Virus record (IMG/VR): IMGVR_UViG_3300045988_009603
Length of the DNA: 64,000 bases
DNA from: a virus
Taxonomy: Duplodnaviria > Heunggongvirae > Uroviricota > Caudoviricetes
Strand: one strand, 5' to 3'
Part shown: positions 16,620 through 25,959 of the stretch, in pieces
Layout: each line of letters begins with the position of its first letter
Numbering within the stretch: the stretch's first letter is position 1
Notes under the pieces: generated by a model
Seen by the model: the letters and a program-made list of their open reading frames with translations, nothing else
Databases searched by the model: none
What the model was told of the DNA's origin: nothing
Position numbers and translations under genes: made by a program

Positions 16620-16844
16620 ATGATTAAGACACCTGTACCAATTTTTGGATTTCCTTCTATTGAAGAGTTCAAAGTTTATCTTGACAAAAACTTCTACAAT
16701 GAGCAGCCTGTTACTCTGCTGAAGAGTGATTTATCAGAGCTTCTTGATATGGTTATCAAGGCAACTTCTGAGAAGGAACCTGAGCAGAAAGCTGAGAAGA
16801 AGACTAGTAAGAAATCCGATAAGAAAACTGAAAAGTCTGAGTAA
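16620..16844 (+). CDS. hypothetical protein with Lys/Glu-rich C-terminus
   Basis: 74 aa ORF. Confidence 0.45.
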   Translation: MIKTPVPIFGFPSIEEFKVYLDKNFYNEQPVTLLKSDLSELLDMVIKATSEKEPEQKAEKKTSKKSDKKTEKSE

Positions 16845-16897
16845 TAACTTGAGGGGTTACTTGATAGCCCCTTTGTAGGAACTTAGAAGGTAGCGAA

Positions 16898-17362
16898 ATG
16901 AAAGTTAAAGTGGTAGTTCAAAAAGCAATGCTTAACAATTCAACGAAAGATAAAATGTACAAAGAGATTTGTGATAAGTTGAATTGTTCAAGACATGCTG
17001 CTAAGGCTCTTGTGCATTGCTTTATCTTGGAATGCTCAGAAGCTTATATGAAACATATAGCTTTTGAAAGTTCTAACTTACTAGGTGATGTAGAAGTTGG
17101 TGAGAAGTTAAAAGAACCTGAGATGAAAACAGTTCCTAAAGTTGGTAATGTATACCATCTTAAAGACTTCAAGGCTGGAAAGGTTGTTGCAAAAGGTGTA
17201 GTAGAGCATGTTTATGATGATGGCGAATACTTACTTAAAGTATTTGAGTATGATAGCCACTATACACACTTATGTGGGCTTACATTCTTTGTAACAAAAG
17301 AAGACCTCATTAAAAACAAAGACAACAAGTTTGCAGTCCCAGATTACCAAGTTTTACGATAA
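16898..17362 (+). CDS. hypothetical protein
   Basis: 154 aa ORF. Confidence 0.5.
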   Translation: MKVKVVVQKAMLNNSTKDKMYKEICDKLNCSRHAAKALVHCFILECSEAYMKHIAFESSNLLGDVEVGEKLKEPEMKTVPKVGNVYHLKDFKAGKVVAKGVVEHVYDDGEYLLKVFEYDSHYTHLCGLTFFVTKEDLIKNKDNKFAVPDYQVLR

Positions 17363-17924
17363 TGGTGTGATAGATATGAAAAAAGATAACTTAAAAGAAG
17401 TTGAAGGCAACTACCTAGTCCTTGACTGGAATGATATTCGGGAAGCACTATCCGAAGAAAACCTTGACATACTAAAGCAACTTATCTTCTCAGTACGTCA
17501 TACCAGAGGTATTGTAAACGGTAAAGAGCCACTTGAAGGAATCTTTGTAGAGAAGTCTTATCCGTTCTATGAAGACACTTTGCAGAAAGTTAAAATGCAC
17601 TTTAGACAGAAGAACCGTAAAGTGGTCACTATGGTATCTCTTGGTGGACAGAGCATGTCTGTGATGGAAGATATCAACCCTAAGAGACCGAGTAAAGGTG
17701 TTTGTATAAAAATCACAGGTCATGAAGAGTACATCTCAGTGGATGACTTTAGTGCATTCTGTAATGGTTCTGCTGTCTTTAATGGGTTCCACTATGATAT
17801 CCGAGTGTATCCAATCAAGGGAGATGATATCATGATGCAGATATTTGATAACAACAATGGATTTACTCATTTTTATCAGACAACTAAGTCATCACTGAAG
17901 ACAGTTCTGGAAACACTGATTTAA
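17331..17924 (+). CDS. hypothetical protein
   Basis: 197 aa ORF. Confidence 0.5.
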   Translation: MQSQITKFYDNGVIDMKKDNLKEVEGNYLVLDWNDIREALSEENLDILKQLIFSVRHTRGIVNGKEPLEGIFVEKSYPFYEDTLQKVKMHFRQKNRKVVTMVSLGGQSMSVMEDINPKRPSKGVCIKITGHEEYISVDDFSAFCNGSAVFNGFHYDIRVYPIKGDDIMMQIFDNNNGFTHFYQTTKSSLKTVLETLI

Positions 17925-17934
17925 AATATCTTAA

Positions 17935-17961
17935 GAGCCTCCTTAATTGGGGGCTTTTTAA
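17935..17961 (+). terminator. terminator-like hairpin at end of plus-strand block
   Basis: AGCCTCC/GGGGGCT stem followed by TTTTT. Confidence 0.5.
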
Positions 17962-17964
17962 TTT

Positions 17965-19525
17965 TTATAAAATTTCATCGGTTGTCCCAACCTCTGGGTC
18001 ACCATCATATGTGAATAAAATATCTACCCTTCTTAACAACCTTCTTAAGCTTACTCTCTATATAGTTATATAGTACTATATAGTATCTTAGTGTCTATCT
18101 AGTGGTCTTAATAGCCCATCTGTATAACCCTTCTAAACACTCTTCTAACAAGCCTTCTTAACAACCTATACAATCACCTTAACCATCCCTCTACACCCTC
18201 TTAGAAGCTCCTATACACCTCTTAATCTCTATGTCAGCTATGTTACCCTCTATAGATGTTCACTAGGTATTACTAAGCCTCTATATAGTCTGTTTTAACA
18301 AACTTAACAGGAATATCTTTACAGACCTTATCTCACAAGGTCTAACACGGTACTAACAAGGTATCTTATAAGCCTGTTTATGCCTGTATTTTTAAAAGAC
18401 TGTCTAGGTAATTATTCAGAATTTTAAAATTTTTATAAAATAGGGCTATCAAGTCATTTTTTAGGGTCTTTGAAGGAACTCAAAAATATCTGTAGAAGAT
18501 GTATATCTGCTTGGTAGCCCTTAACATCCCTGTAACATCCCCTTTGCAGAATTTTAAAATATCATTAACAATCTCTTAACAGTTGCTACATCTTCTTAAC
18601 GACTCTTCAAAGGTCTTAACAGTTTCTTAACAGAACTAACAAGGCTGTAACAGTTTCTTAACAGTTGATACATAGTCTTTACAGATGCTTAACAGATGAC
18701 TAACAAGAGCTAACAAGTTAATTTTTAAGAGTTATTTTGTAGGGATTGGTAACAATACCAATTAAGATAATTAACAAGTTCCTAACAAGTGTTTAATCTT
18801 TTTAACAAGCTATTAACATGGTCACTATCTCTTTTCTTATCGTTCCCTTTCCCTCTTAGTGATTCTTTAAATAGCCCTCTTAAAAGCTCTCTATAGCTTT
18901 TTGTAAGCTCTTTTAAGCCTCTTCCTAGTAATTACACCCCAACTATGTAGAAAGCTCTTTATAGGGCTTTACAGAAGCTTTAAAGGCTATGTCAAAGACT
19001 CTTACAAGGCTTTTACATGGTTTTAACAGAGATTTAACAAGGGGCTAACAAGTTGCTAACAAGTGTCTTAAAAGCATAACTATGTAGGATTTGTTAAGAA
19101 ATTGTTAAGAAAATGTTAAGGGGGCTAGCATTTACGTAACTTTATAGCCTCTTTTACGTAACTTTGAAGTAACTTCATAGCCCCTATAACATACTTTTAA
19201 AACACTAACAAGCCCTTTCTAGTAGTTCACAAGAGACTAACGAGATGGTAAAGCTTACACCCTTATAAGATTCTTTTAAGGCTCTGGGAAGCTTTATAAA
19301 GGGCTTTTAAGGGTGAGGTAATGCAATCCCTTAAGTTGGGTTGATAAGGCTGTTATAGAGCGTTACAGAGCGTTTAAGGGGTTGCCCTTCCCTTTCGGGT
19401 TATGGGCTTATATTTAAGTTGATTTGATAAAAGGCTATAGAGTAAGCTATAGAGTTATTGCTTTTAAGGTCTAGTAAGATTCTAGGAAGGAAAGGGAAAG
19501 GGTTTGTATAAGGATTGTATAAGAC
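17965..19525. repeat. ORF-free repeat-rich region: YTAACAR(G) iterons, 16 bp perfect palindrome, several direct repeats
   Basis: at least 25 copies of CTAACAAG/CTTAACAG-type heptamers on one strand, often 10-12 bp apart; TATATAGTACTATATA at about 18068; TTTACGTAACTTT x2 at about 19140. Confidence 0.7.
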
Positions 19526-19526
19526 G

Positions 19527-19552
19527 TAAAAAAGCCCCTATTCAGAGGGGCT
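19527..19552 (-). terminator. rho-independent terminator at end of minus-strand small-gene array
   Basis: minus-strand AGCCCCUCUGAAUAGGGGCU followed by U6. Confidence 0.6.
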
Positions 19553-19590
19553 GTAAAGGTATCTGGGGCTATTTAGCCCCGTTGCGTCGA

Positions 19591-19839
19591 TTAGTTGTAA
19601 CCTTGTTTGCTGTAGTACAGGGAGACAATCAAATCACCCCAATAATGGTAATGGTGTTCATCGTTTAATGCCTCTTTTACTGCATCTTTCCAGAAGTCAT
19701 CAGTAGGGTTATAATCTGGAATAACTTGCTTGATAACTGTCTTCACTAATGAAAAACACTCATCAGTCCCACCAATATCAAATTTAACGTCCAGAGTATA
19801 ACAGCCATAAGCATTGACAGTTGCGCGGATAGTTGCCAT
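19591..19839 (-). CDS. hypothetical small protein (array gene)
   Basis: 82 aa ORF preceded by conserved cassette and AGGAG SD. Confidence 0.5.
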   Translation of the reverse strand: MATIRATVNAYGCYTLDVKFDIGGTDECFSLVKTVIKQVIPDYNPTDDFWKDAVKEALNDEHHYHYWGDLIVSLYYSKQGYN

Positions 19840-19904
19840 TTTTGAATCTCCTAGTTTAAGGACTTTACTTAGTAGGGAGGTTATCCCTCCCGTTGATTAG
19901 TAAT
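19840..19904 (-). repeat. intergenic cassette type A (hairpin + SD)
   Basis: CAACGGGAGGG-loop-CCTCCC...TAAACTAGGAGATTCAAAAATG. Confidence 0.7.
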
Positions 19905-20168
19905 TTACTGCATGTTGGCGTATGTTGCAAGTCTTTTTTCGTTGTATTTTGTCAGAATCTCACAAGATAAAACATCAAACTTTGTAATAGCGTTGCCTTT
20001 GTCGAGGTCAAAGAATCCAAATGATTTACCATCTTTGAATCCGACCACTTCGTAAGATTCTTTAATGATTTCACCATTGAACAAATCACTTTCGATACGG
20101 TGGAATAATGCTACATCCTCTTTGTCGGTTGCAATTTGTAAAAGTGTGGTCAGTTCGACGTTTTCCAT
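19905..20168 (-). CDS. hypothetical small protein (array gene)
   Basis: 87 aa ORF, cassette upstream. Confidence 0.5.
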   Translation of the reverse strand: MENVELTTLLQIATDKEDVALFHRIESDLFNGEIIKESYEVVGFKDGKSFGFFDLDKGNAITKFDVLSCEILTKYNEKRLATYANMQ

Positions 20169-20234
20169 CTTGATAACTCCAGTTTAGGACTTTATTTAGT
20201 GGGGAAGGTCATTCCCTCCCCGTTGATTGACAAT
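20169..20234 (-). repeat. intergenic cassette type A
   Basis: GGGGAGGGAATGACCTTCCCC hairpin + SD. Confidence 0.7.
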
Positions 20235-20765
20235 TTACAGATTTTTGATTGTCTCGTCAATATCTTTTTCAATATCTTTTAAAGTTTTTTCTAAGTTCTT
20301 GATATTGAACGTTAAACCTTCACCGAGGGTCTGAGAGTAACCGTTAGGACGATGGTCGTAAAGCTCGATATCTTCCACATCGGATAGGCTTACTCTTTCA
20401 CCATTTGCAGCGTAGGCCATTGAAACAGTATTTACAGGGGCTTTATAGAACTTGTTTAAGGACTTGATAGAACGTTCGTAAGCCATTTTATAACCGTTTA
20501 AAAGGCTTTTAACGTGGTTGTGAACGTTTTTACACTCATCCAAGTAAATCCCTAAGAATAGCGGTAATAATTCTGCTACAGCTTGCATAAAGCGAGAGAC
20601 CACAACTGTTGCAACATTACGACGATGAACGTAATAAGCCCCGTTTTCTGATTTAGTGATGGTTGCAAAGTGTACCCCATTGCAGCGAAATTCATAGGTA
20701 TCTTTAACAGGCTTAGACATTACAGCATTTGAGCGAATGTAGTTGATAGCTTGAAATTTGTTCAT
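20235..20765 (-). CDS. hypothetical protein (array gene)
   Basis: 176 aa ORF, cassette upstream. Confidence 0.5.
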   Translation of the reverse strand: MNKFQAINYIRSNAVMSKPVKDTYEFRCNGVHFATITKSENGAYYVHRRNVATVVVSRFMQAVAELLPLFLGIYLDECKNVHNHVKSLLNGYKMAYERSIKSLNKFYKAPVNTVSMAYAANGERVSLSDVEDIELYDHRPNGYSQTLGEGLTFNIKNLEKTLKDIEKDIDETIKNL

Positions 20766-20830
20766 TTTTGAATCTCCTAGTTTAAGGACTTTACTTAGTG
20801 GGGAAGGTCATTCCCTCCCCGTTGATTAGT
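20766..20830 (-). repeat. intergenic cassette type A
   Basis: same conserved hairpin + SD. Confidence 0.7.
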
Positions 20831-20928
20831 AATTTACTTGTTTTGATATCTGATTGCAAGCAATTTTTTAAGTTTATCTTTAAAGAAATCTTTTAAGTGA
20901 ATCCCTTTAAGATAAACCCCCTCGAACA

Positions 20929-20958
20929 ACATTACCAATGTCAAGGGGTATTGTCAAC
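20929..20958 (-). promoter_or_regulatory. putative internal sigma70-like promoter
   Basis: minus strand TTGACA-N18-TAATGT with TTGACA direct repeat. Confidence 0.35.
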
Positions 20959-20989
20959 ACTTTTTTAAAAGTTTTTTGTAAGTTATTGA

Positions 20990-21331
20990 TTAACTGATGA
21001 ATATTTTTTCAGGTTTTACGTAGCTGATACGCTGATTTTTTAGCAAGTCATCCCAGATTAGCGCGGCGATATGGGAGTAACCGGATTCACGTAAAAGCTT
21101 CATTGTTTTACTTCTCGTTTCAAAACGGCTTGCGTAGTACTCACTATTCAGCGTCGTTTTATTCCCTTCATTGTCTACATGGATAATCTGCATCACTTGA
21201 AAGGGGCTGACATCCTCGCCTTTATTCCACTGCTCAAAGTATTTTAGGCACTGCATAGGTGACATCTTATCACTTACTTGAGTTGACCAAGATGAGCCAG
21301 CCTTGTCGGTAATTACGGTTACATAAGCCAT
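20990..21331 (-). CDS. hypothetical protein (array gene)
   Basis: 113 aa ORF. Confidence 0.5.
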   Translation of the reverse strand: MAYVTVITDKAGSSWSTQVSDKMSPMQCLKYFEQWNKGEDVSPFQVMQIIHVDNEGNKTTLNSEYYASRFETRSKTMKLLRESGYSHIAALIWDDLLKNQRISYVKPEKIFIS

Positions 21332-21410
21332 TTTTGAATCTCCAGTTTAGGACTTTACTTAGTGGGGAAGGTCATTCCCTCCCCGTTGATTGACAATTTA
21401 CAGACTTTTA
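21332..21410 (-). repeat. intergenic cassette type A
   Basis: conserved hairpin + SD. Confidence 0.7.
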
Positions 21411-21420
21411 TCAGGCTTGT

Positions 21421-21654
21421 CTAGTCTTTTTCAATGATAATTTCATATTGACCATCGACACTATCAAAATAAACGCCGTCATTATCTTCTGTTTTGAAGT
21501 AGCATTGTATATCATCACTGGCGGGGTAGTCTTGTCTTGCTATCTGGCAAACTTGAATAGCATTTTCTTTACTCCCTGTAAACTCCTCAAGCCCTTTAAA
21601 ATCGCATGAATGACCATTACAAATAGAAAGGATAAGATAAATGGTTGTAAGCAT
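21421..21654 (-). CDS. hypothetical small protein with hydrophobic N-terminus
   Basis: 77 aa; MLTTIYLILSICNGHSC. Confidence 0.45.
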   Translation of the reverse strand: MLTTIYLILSICNGHSCDFKGLEEFTGSKENAIQVCQIARQDYPASDDIQCYFKTEDNDGVYFDSVDGQYEIIIEKD

Positions 21655-21720
21655 GATTTAAGCCTCTTAAAAGCCCCTGTGAGGGGCTAATCAGTGTTTA
21701 TAAGGTGATTGTATAGGTTA

Positions 21721-22263
21721 TTAGAAAAAGCTCTTCAAATCCTCTTCTGCGATGTTTTCCGTTAGTGTGTCCATGATGTCACAAAAAACCTGAATACTGT
21801 CCGATTGTTGAACACTTTTAGCAAGTAGTTCTAATGTCTCATCAAGATAATTCATATTTGGGTTATCCAGTGAAGGAAGACAAAAAGGCGAATACATAGC
21901 GTTAAACTCGGTTACATAAACCTTTTTAATCCAATTTAAATCGAAGTATTCTGTAAAACTTGCTACGCCAGACATATTATCACAAGAATAATCATCATTT
22001 AGGTCATCCTCTGGGATATCAAGCTCTAAGATAACAATATTTTGGGTTTTCATCTGGAAAGCTGCGGTGATAGCGGCATTACCCAGAGATTGTTGGATAC
22101 CTTCAGAGATTATTTCTTCCTCATCGTCACCATAGATTTTATTTTCTGGGTAAACGTAAAAATTCCCATCCATATCCGAACAATTCCATGCACCTGATGG
22201 CTTATCGCCGTTATTAATCAGGTTGATGAAGTTTTCTTGAGTAGTACCGTGGAAACATTTCAT
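21721..22263 (-). CDS. hypothetical acidic protein (array gene)
   Basis: 180 aa ORF. Confidence 0.5.
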   Translation of the reverse strand: MKCFHGTTQENFINLINNGDKPSGAWNCSDMDGNFYVYPENKIYGDDEEEIISEGIQQSLGNAAITAAFQMKTQNIVILELDIPEDDLNDDYSCDNMSGVASFTEYFDLNWIKKVYVTEFNAMYSPFCLPSLDNPNMNYLDETLELLAKSVQQSDSIQVFCDIMDTLTENIAEEDLKSFF

Positions 22264-22350
22264 TTTTGAATCTCCTAGTTTAAGGATTGAGTGATAAAGC
22301 TCTTTATCTGGGGCTTACTTTATCGAACTATAAGCCCCTTGTAAAGTACT
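22264..22350 (-). repeat. intergenic cassette type B (two hairpins + SD)
   Basis: GGGGCTTA-loop-TAAGCCCC and GATAAAG-CTC-TTTATC, then TAGGAGATTCAAAAATG. Confidence 0.7.
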
Positions 22351-22554
22351 TTAACGATTATTTTTGACAACTTTTAAAACTGCGCGATAACCTAAGCAAT
22401 AAGAATCACCGAAGAGTGACCGGCCCATGAAAGAATCCTCTTTGATATCCTTTGAAGTAACAGTTTTTTCTACGCCGTGAAAAAGGACTATATCGCCAAC
22501 TTTAATATCTTTGATGTGAGTAGTTTCAATGTTTAAGCCGTTAATAATAGCCAT
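22351..22554 (-). CDS. hypothetical small protein
   Basis: 67 aa ORF. Confidence 0.45.
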   Translation of the reverse strand: MAIINGLNIETTHIKDIKVGDIVLFHGVEKTVTSKDIKEDSFMGRSLFGDSYCLGYRAVLKVVKNNR

Positions 22555-22653
22555 TTTAGAATCTCCTAGTTTAAGGACTTTACTTAGTGGGGAGGTTATC
22601 CCTCCCGTTGATGTGTAATTTAATCTATCTGAAAACCAGTGTCAACAAAATTT
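22555..22653 (-). repeat. intergenic cassette type A
   Basis: conserved hairpin + SD. Confidence 0.7.
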
Positions 22654-23058
22654 TTATAGTTCTGCGTAAATTGCGTCACAGATATCACGAAAATCATGAT
22701 TTGTTAAATTACGTTGCAACCATGTTGCGAAAAAGTCAGCGATTGCAAAATTTGCGTCATACTCGACAGATAGCCACACTTTAACAGCAAAACGAAACAT
22801 TTTTAAATCAAGCTCTTTATTCATTACCTTAGATTTGCCTAACATGTCAGACATCTCATGTTGTGCACCGTCTAGCGTGATACCTGCTGCAACGTCAGCC
22901 AGTGAGTTTTTTACGTTTTCAACGTCTAAGATAACACTTTGAATCTTCCCGATAATGTTGTGCAATGTCTCATCCGGTGCTGATGATGTAATAACATTAA
23001 TCCGGTTAACGGTCAAACGTGCTTTTAAGATTGATAACTCACGGTTATTAATAGCCAT
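22654..23058 (-). CDS. hypothetical protein
   Basis: 134 aa ORF. Confidence 0.5.
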   Translation of the reverse strand: MAINNRELSILKARLTVNRINVITSSAPDETLHNIIGKIQSVILDVENVKNSLADVAAGITLDGAQHEMSDMLGKSKVMNKELDLKMFRFAVKVWLSVEYDANFAIADFFATWLQRNLTNHDFRDICDAIYAEL

Positions 23059-23143
23059 TTTAGAATCTCCAATTTAGGATTGAGTGATAAAGCTCTTTAT
23101 CTGGGGCTTACTTTATCGAACTATAAGCCCCTTGTAAAGTACT
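23059..23143 (-). repeat. intergenic cassette type B
   Basis: conserved hairpins + SD. Confidence 0.7.
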
Positions 23144-23416
23144 TTATACTAAGTGTAATTTTTTACCTTTTACCATGATGTAACTTGTTGCGCTATTGCT
23201 GTATACATCTTGATAAATTCTACGCAAACGGCCTTCGTAGTATACTTTCCAACTAGTTGGAATCTTTTTCCCGTATCCGGTAGCAGTTTTTTGGAATCCT
23301 GCAAGTTGCCAATCCAAAATGTGCTGTTCAGCTTGTAAATCCTCGAAGTGCATTACACCGTTCACATAGTGGCGCAGGGTTACGTTTAAGGTGTGACCGT
23401 TGTTAGTAGTGTACAT
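23144..23416 (-). CDS. hypothetical protein
   Basis: 90 aa ORF. Confidence 0.5.
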   Translation of the reverse strand: MYTTNNGHTLNVTLRHYVNGVMHFEDLQAEQHILDWQLAGFQKTATGYGKKIPTSWKVYYEGRLRRIYQDVYSNSATSYIMVKGKKLHLV

Positions 23417-23506
23417 TTTTGAATCTCCTAGTTTAAGGACTTTACTTAGTGGGGAAGGTCATTCCCTCCCCGTTGATTAGTAATTTACTTGTTTTAAAAA
23501 CCAAAA
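23417..23506 (-). repeat. intergenic cassette type A
   Basis: conserved hairpin + SD. Confidence 0.7.
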
Positions 23507-23839
23507 TCAAGAGGAATTTTTTCGTTTGCTCAATTCTTGAACTATTACAGCATGATAATCTTTTAAATCACTGATATTTAAAGCATTTATCAGAGAGTTA
23601 TAATCATCGACAAGCTGAAAATCATCTTTGAAAATGTCGCTGATTTGATAAGTTTTTGATTGAAATCTGAAGCTCATTTCTAACCGTTTTATTTGTTCAT
23701 CGCTTAAACGCTCCAGAAAGCTCATCACAAGGTTATTATTGACCTGCTGCGTGATTGCCTTACTTGCCAAATTATATGCGCTATAAGCCTTGTAAAGTGC
23801 TATAATGGCAATGATTGCAGTGATACCCATCATTAACAT
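23507..23839 (-). CDS. hypothetical protein with N-terminal TM helix
   Basis: 110 aa; MLMMGITAIIAIIALY. Confidence 0.5.
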   Translation of the reverse strand: MLMMGITAIIAIIALYKAYSAYNLASKAITQQVNNNLVMSFLERLSDEQIKRLEMSFRFQSKTYQISDIFKDDFQLVDDYNSLINALNISDLKDYHAVIVQELSKRKNSS

Positions 23840-24129
23840 GGTGCTTCCTCTTTACGTGATACCTTGCCATTTACAGTTATCTCATAAGATTCTAATAAAT
23901 CACTTTTAGATTTTACTGGACTTTTAAAAGTATCGTCATAAATATTTACTTGCAATACAGGTTTTTTATACTCCCTGCAACTATTCCATAAGCAAATCAC
24001 TACGCGACGGCCTTTTATTTTGCCGTGCAACCATTCCATAACATCATGATTATTTCTTGATGTTTCAATAAAATCAATTTTATTAAGTAACTTGCTTAGA
24101 TTTTCACGAACTTTATTGGATAATTTCAT
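23833..24129 (-). CDS. hypothetical protein
   Basis: 98 aa ORF. Confidence 0.5.
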   Translation of the reverse strand: MKLSNKVRENLSKLLNKIDFIETSRNNHDVMEWLHGKIKGRRVVICLWNSCREYKKPVLQVNIYDDTFKSPVKSKSDLLESYEITVNGKVSRKEEAPC

Positions 24130-24220
24130 TTTTGAGTCTCCTAGTTTAAGGGTTAATTTGATAAAGCTCTTTATCTGGGGCTATCATATCAGCTTGTTAG
24201 CCCCGTGTAAAGAGGTCTAT
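24130..24220 (-). repeat. intergenic cassette type B (variant)
   Basis: GGGGCTA-loop-TAGCCCC variant hairpin + SD. Confidence 0.65.
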
Positions 24221-24733
24221 TTAGCTCTTAAAGATATTCATCACTGAATCTTTCAACGATTCCAAACGTTCTAATACTTCAGATTCTGCGTCTGCGTTGT
24301 TCACCTCTTCTTTTAGTCTATCCTCTAAATCATCGCCGTCACGATAGCACCAATCGAAAGCATAACCAAGATAAAAACTTTCTAAAACCGTGCTACCGTT
24401 TGCATCCACAACTTTCGCGGCAAGGTTATACTCTGAAGCCTCTAAATCTCTTTCTAGTTCTTTCTGTAAGCTCGTGTAAGCCTCTTTCGATGGATTCTCA
24501 CGGCCTTGTTTTGCATAGTCACTTGAAAGCTGCTTAAGGCTGTAATGCAAAGGGATTGCATATTTAAATTCATTACGCTGACAGTTAGGATTTTTAATCG
24601 TCACACCGCCTTGATGGTCATCTGTAAACTTCCAATTATCAAGATTATGGCTTGCTTCAAAGCAATTGACAGCTTCATAAATAATGGTGAATTTTTCTTT
24701 TACAACTTCAAAGGTAGCATCTACAGTTTTCAT
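24221..24733 (-). CDS. hypothetical protein
   Basis: 170 aa ORF. Confidence 0.5.
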   Translation of the reverse strand: MKTVDATFEVVKEKFTIIYEAVNCFEASHNLDNWKFTDDHQGGVTIKNPNCQRNEFKYAIPLHYSLKQLSSDYAKQGRENPSKEAYTSLQKELERDLEASEYNLAAKVVDANGSTVLESFYLGYAFDWCYRDGDDLEDRLKEEVNNADAESEVLERLESLKDSVMNIFKS

Positions 24734-24828
24734 TTTTGAATCTCCTAGTTTAAGGACTTGATTTAGTGGTAAAGCTCTTTATCTGGGGCTTAAGATATCA
24801 ACTTTTAAGCCCCTTGTAAAGTACTTTA
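24734..24828 (-). repeat. intergenic cassette type B
   Basis: conserved hairpins + SD. Confidence 0.7.
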
Positions 24829-25101
24829 TCAGATTAAATTGCCAGTTAATGATAAGTGCATTTTATAGCCTTTTTTGGTAAAAACGTTCACTTTACCGAG
24901 TGATTTTACACCTTTAAAAAGGTTGTTTGAACTGCGTTTTAAGGTTAGTTGCTTATCAGCTTTCACGCCCCACCTTACAGCAGTTTGTTTTCCGTTGTCA
25001 ACCACTTTTCCGCATAACTTTTTAGCCATAACGCGAGCGTCATCACGAGTCTTTGCAGTAATTACAACGTTTTTTATAATAGCCATTTTTAAGTTCTCCA
25101 A
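24829..25101 (-). CDS. hypothetical basic protein
   Basis: 90 aa ORF. Confidence 0.5.
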   Translation of the reverse strand: MENLKMAIIKNVVITAKTRDDARVMAKKLCGKVVDNGKQTAVRWGVKADKQLTLKRSSNNLFKGVKSLGKVNVFTKKGYKMHLSLTGNLI

Positions 25102-25175
25102 TTTAGGATTTAGTGGTAAAGCTCTTTATCTGGGGCTTACTTTATCGAACTATAAGCCCCTTGTAAAGTACTTTA
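25102..25175 (-). repeat. intergenic cassette type B
   Basis: conserved hairpins + SD. Confidence 0.7.
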
Positions 25176-25556
25176 TCAGTTAATTTTGAAAATTGTCACA
25201 TAGCCGTCACTGCCGATTATTTGAGACACTCCAGCTTTTTCCACTGAATAGCCCATATTTTCAAGATGGTAAACAGCATCATCGTAACCATATGCGCCGC
25301 CCTGATAACGTCTCTTATCGCATCTTACTAATACTTTTCCGCGTCCTGCCAGTGCATTCAGTACGGCTTTTTCACTTGATAGTGTACCGTCTATCATGGT
25401 TGCCGTGTAATGGTTGATTTTATTCCCGTTGATATCATACTTGAAATTGAACGCATGAACAACAATTATTTTACCGTTAAATTTTTCATCAAGTGCCTTC
25501 TCCAGTGCGTTGCGAAAGTTGTCTTTGTTGATGAATTTCGGTGCACGATAAGCCAT
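25176..25556 (-). CDS. hypothetical protein
   Basis: 126 aa ORF. Confidence 0.5.
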   Translation of the reverse strand: MAYRAPKFINKDNFRNALEKALDEKFNGKIIVVHAFNFKYDINGNKINHYTATMIDGTLSSEKAVLNALAGRGKVLVRCDKRRYQGGAYGYDDAVYHLENMGYSVEKAGVSQIIGSDGYVTIFKIN

Positions 25557-25644
25557 TTTTGAATCTCCTAGTTTAAGGTTAATGTGGTAAAGCTCTTTAT
25601 CTGGGGCTTAAGATATCAGCTTTTAAGCCCCTTGTAAAGTACTT
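25557..25644 (-). repeat. intergenic cassette type B
   Basis: conserved hairpins + SD. Confidence 0.7.
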
Positions 25645-25851
25645 TTATCTATCGTAATAGTAAACCGCTGTCTGTTTTATATGTCGCTTTGTATTCTTCG
25701 TAAGGTAGCGATTAGAATTGATTGCCGTTTCTACATAGTTGCAATAATCAGCTTCTGATATTCTACGCCATGCGCCGCACACTTGCATATAAAAACGTTT
25801 TACCTTTGTGTTAACGTTAGTTGTAACCATCAATTCACGACTGTACAGCAT
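25645..25851 (-). CDS. hypothetical small protein, first gene of array
   Basis: 68 aa ORF. Confidence 0.45.
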   Translation of the reverse strand: MLYSRELMVTTNVNTKVKRFYMQVCGAWRRISEADYCNYVETAINSNRYLTKNTKRHIKQTAVYYYDR

Positions 25852-25901
25852 TTTTAGATTCTCCAGTTTAGGAAGTGGGCTGGCTTGCCCGTCTGATGCA
25901 A

Positions 25902-25930
25902 ATATTAGATAACCATACTCAAAGAGTCAA
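25902..25930 (-). promoter_or_regulatory. strong sigma70-like promoter driving the small-gene array
   Basis: minus strand TTGACT-N17-TAATAT with A/T-rich upstream element. Confidence 0.6.
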
Positions 25931-25959
25931 TAGGAATTTTAAAAATATTTTTGCAAAAA

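Noticed and set aside
17965-19525. Possibility that the repeat-rich region is a decayed gene or pseudogene
   Set aside because: No residual long reading frame on either strand; composition is dominated by short phased repeats and palindromes rather than frame-shifted coding sequence.
19840-25650. Regularly spaced conserved repeats that could be mistaken for a CRISPR array
   Set aside because: Repeats are 65-95 bp of two types, each ending in an SD-ATG, and the intervening segments are 200-550 bp protein-coding ORFs rather than 30-40 bp spacers; no cas genes.
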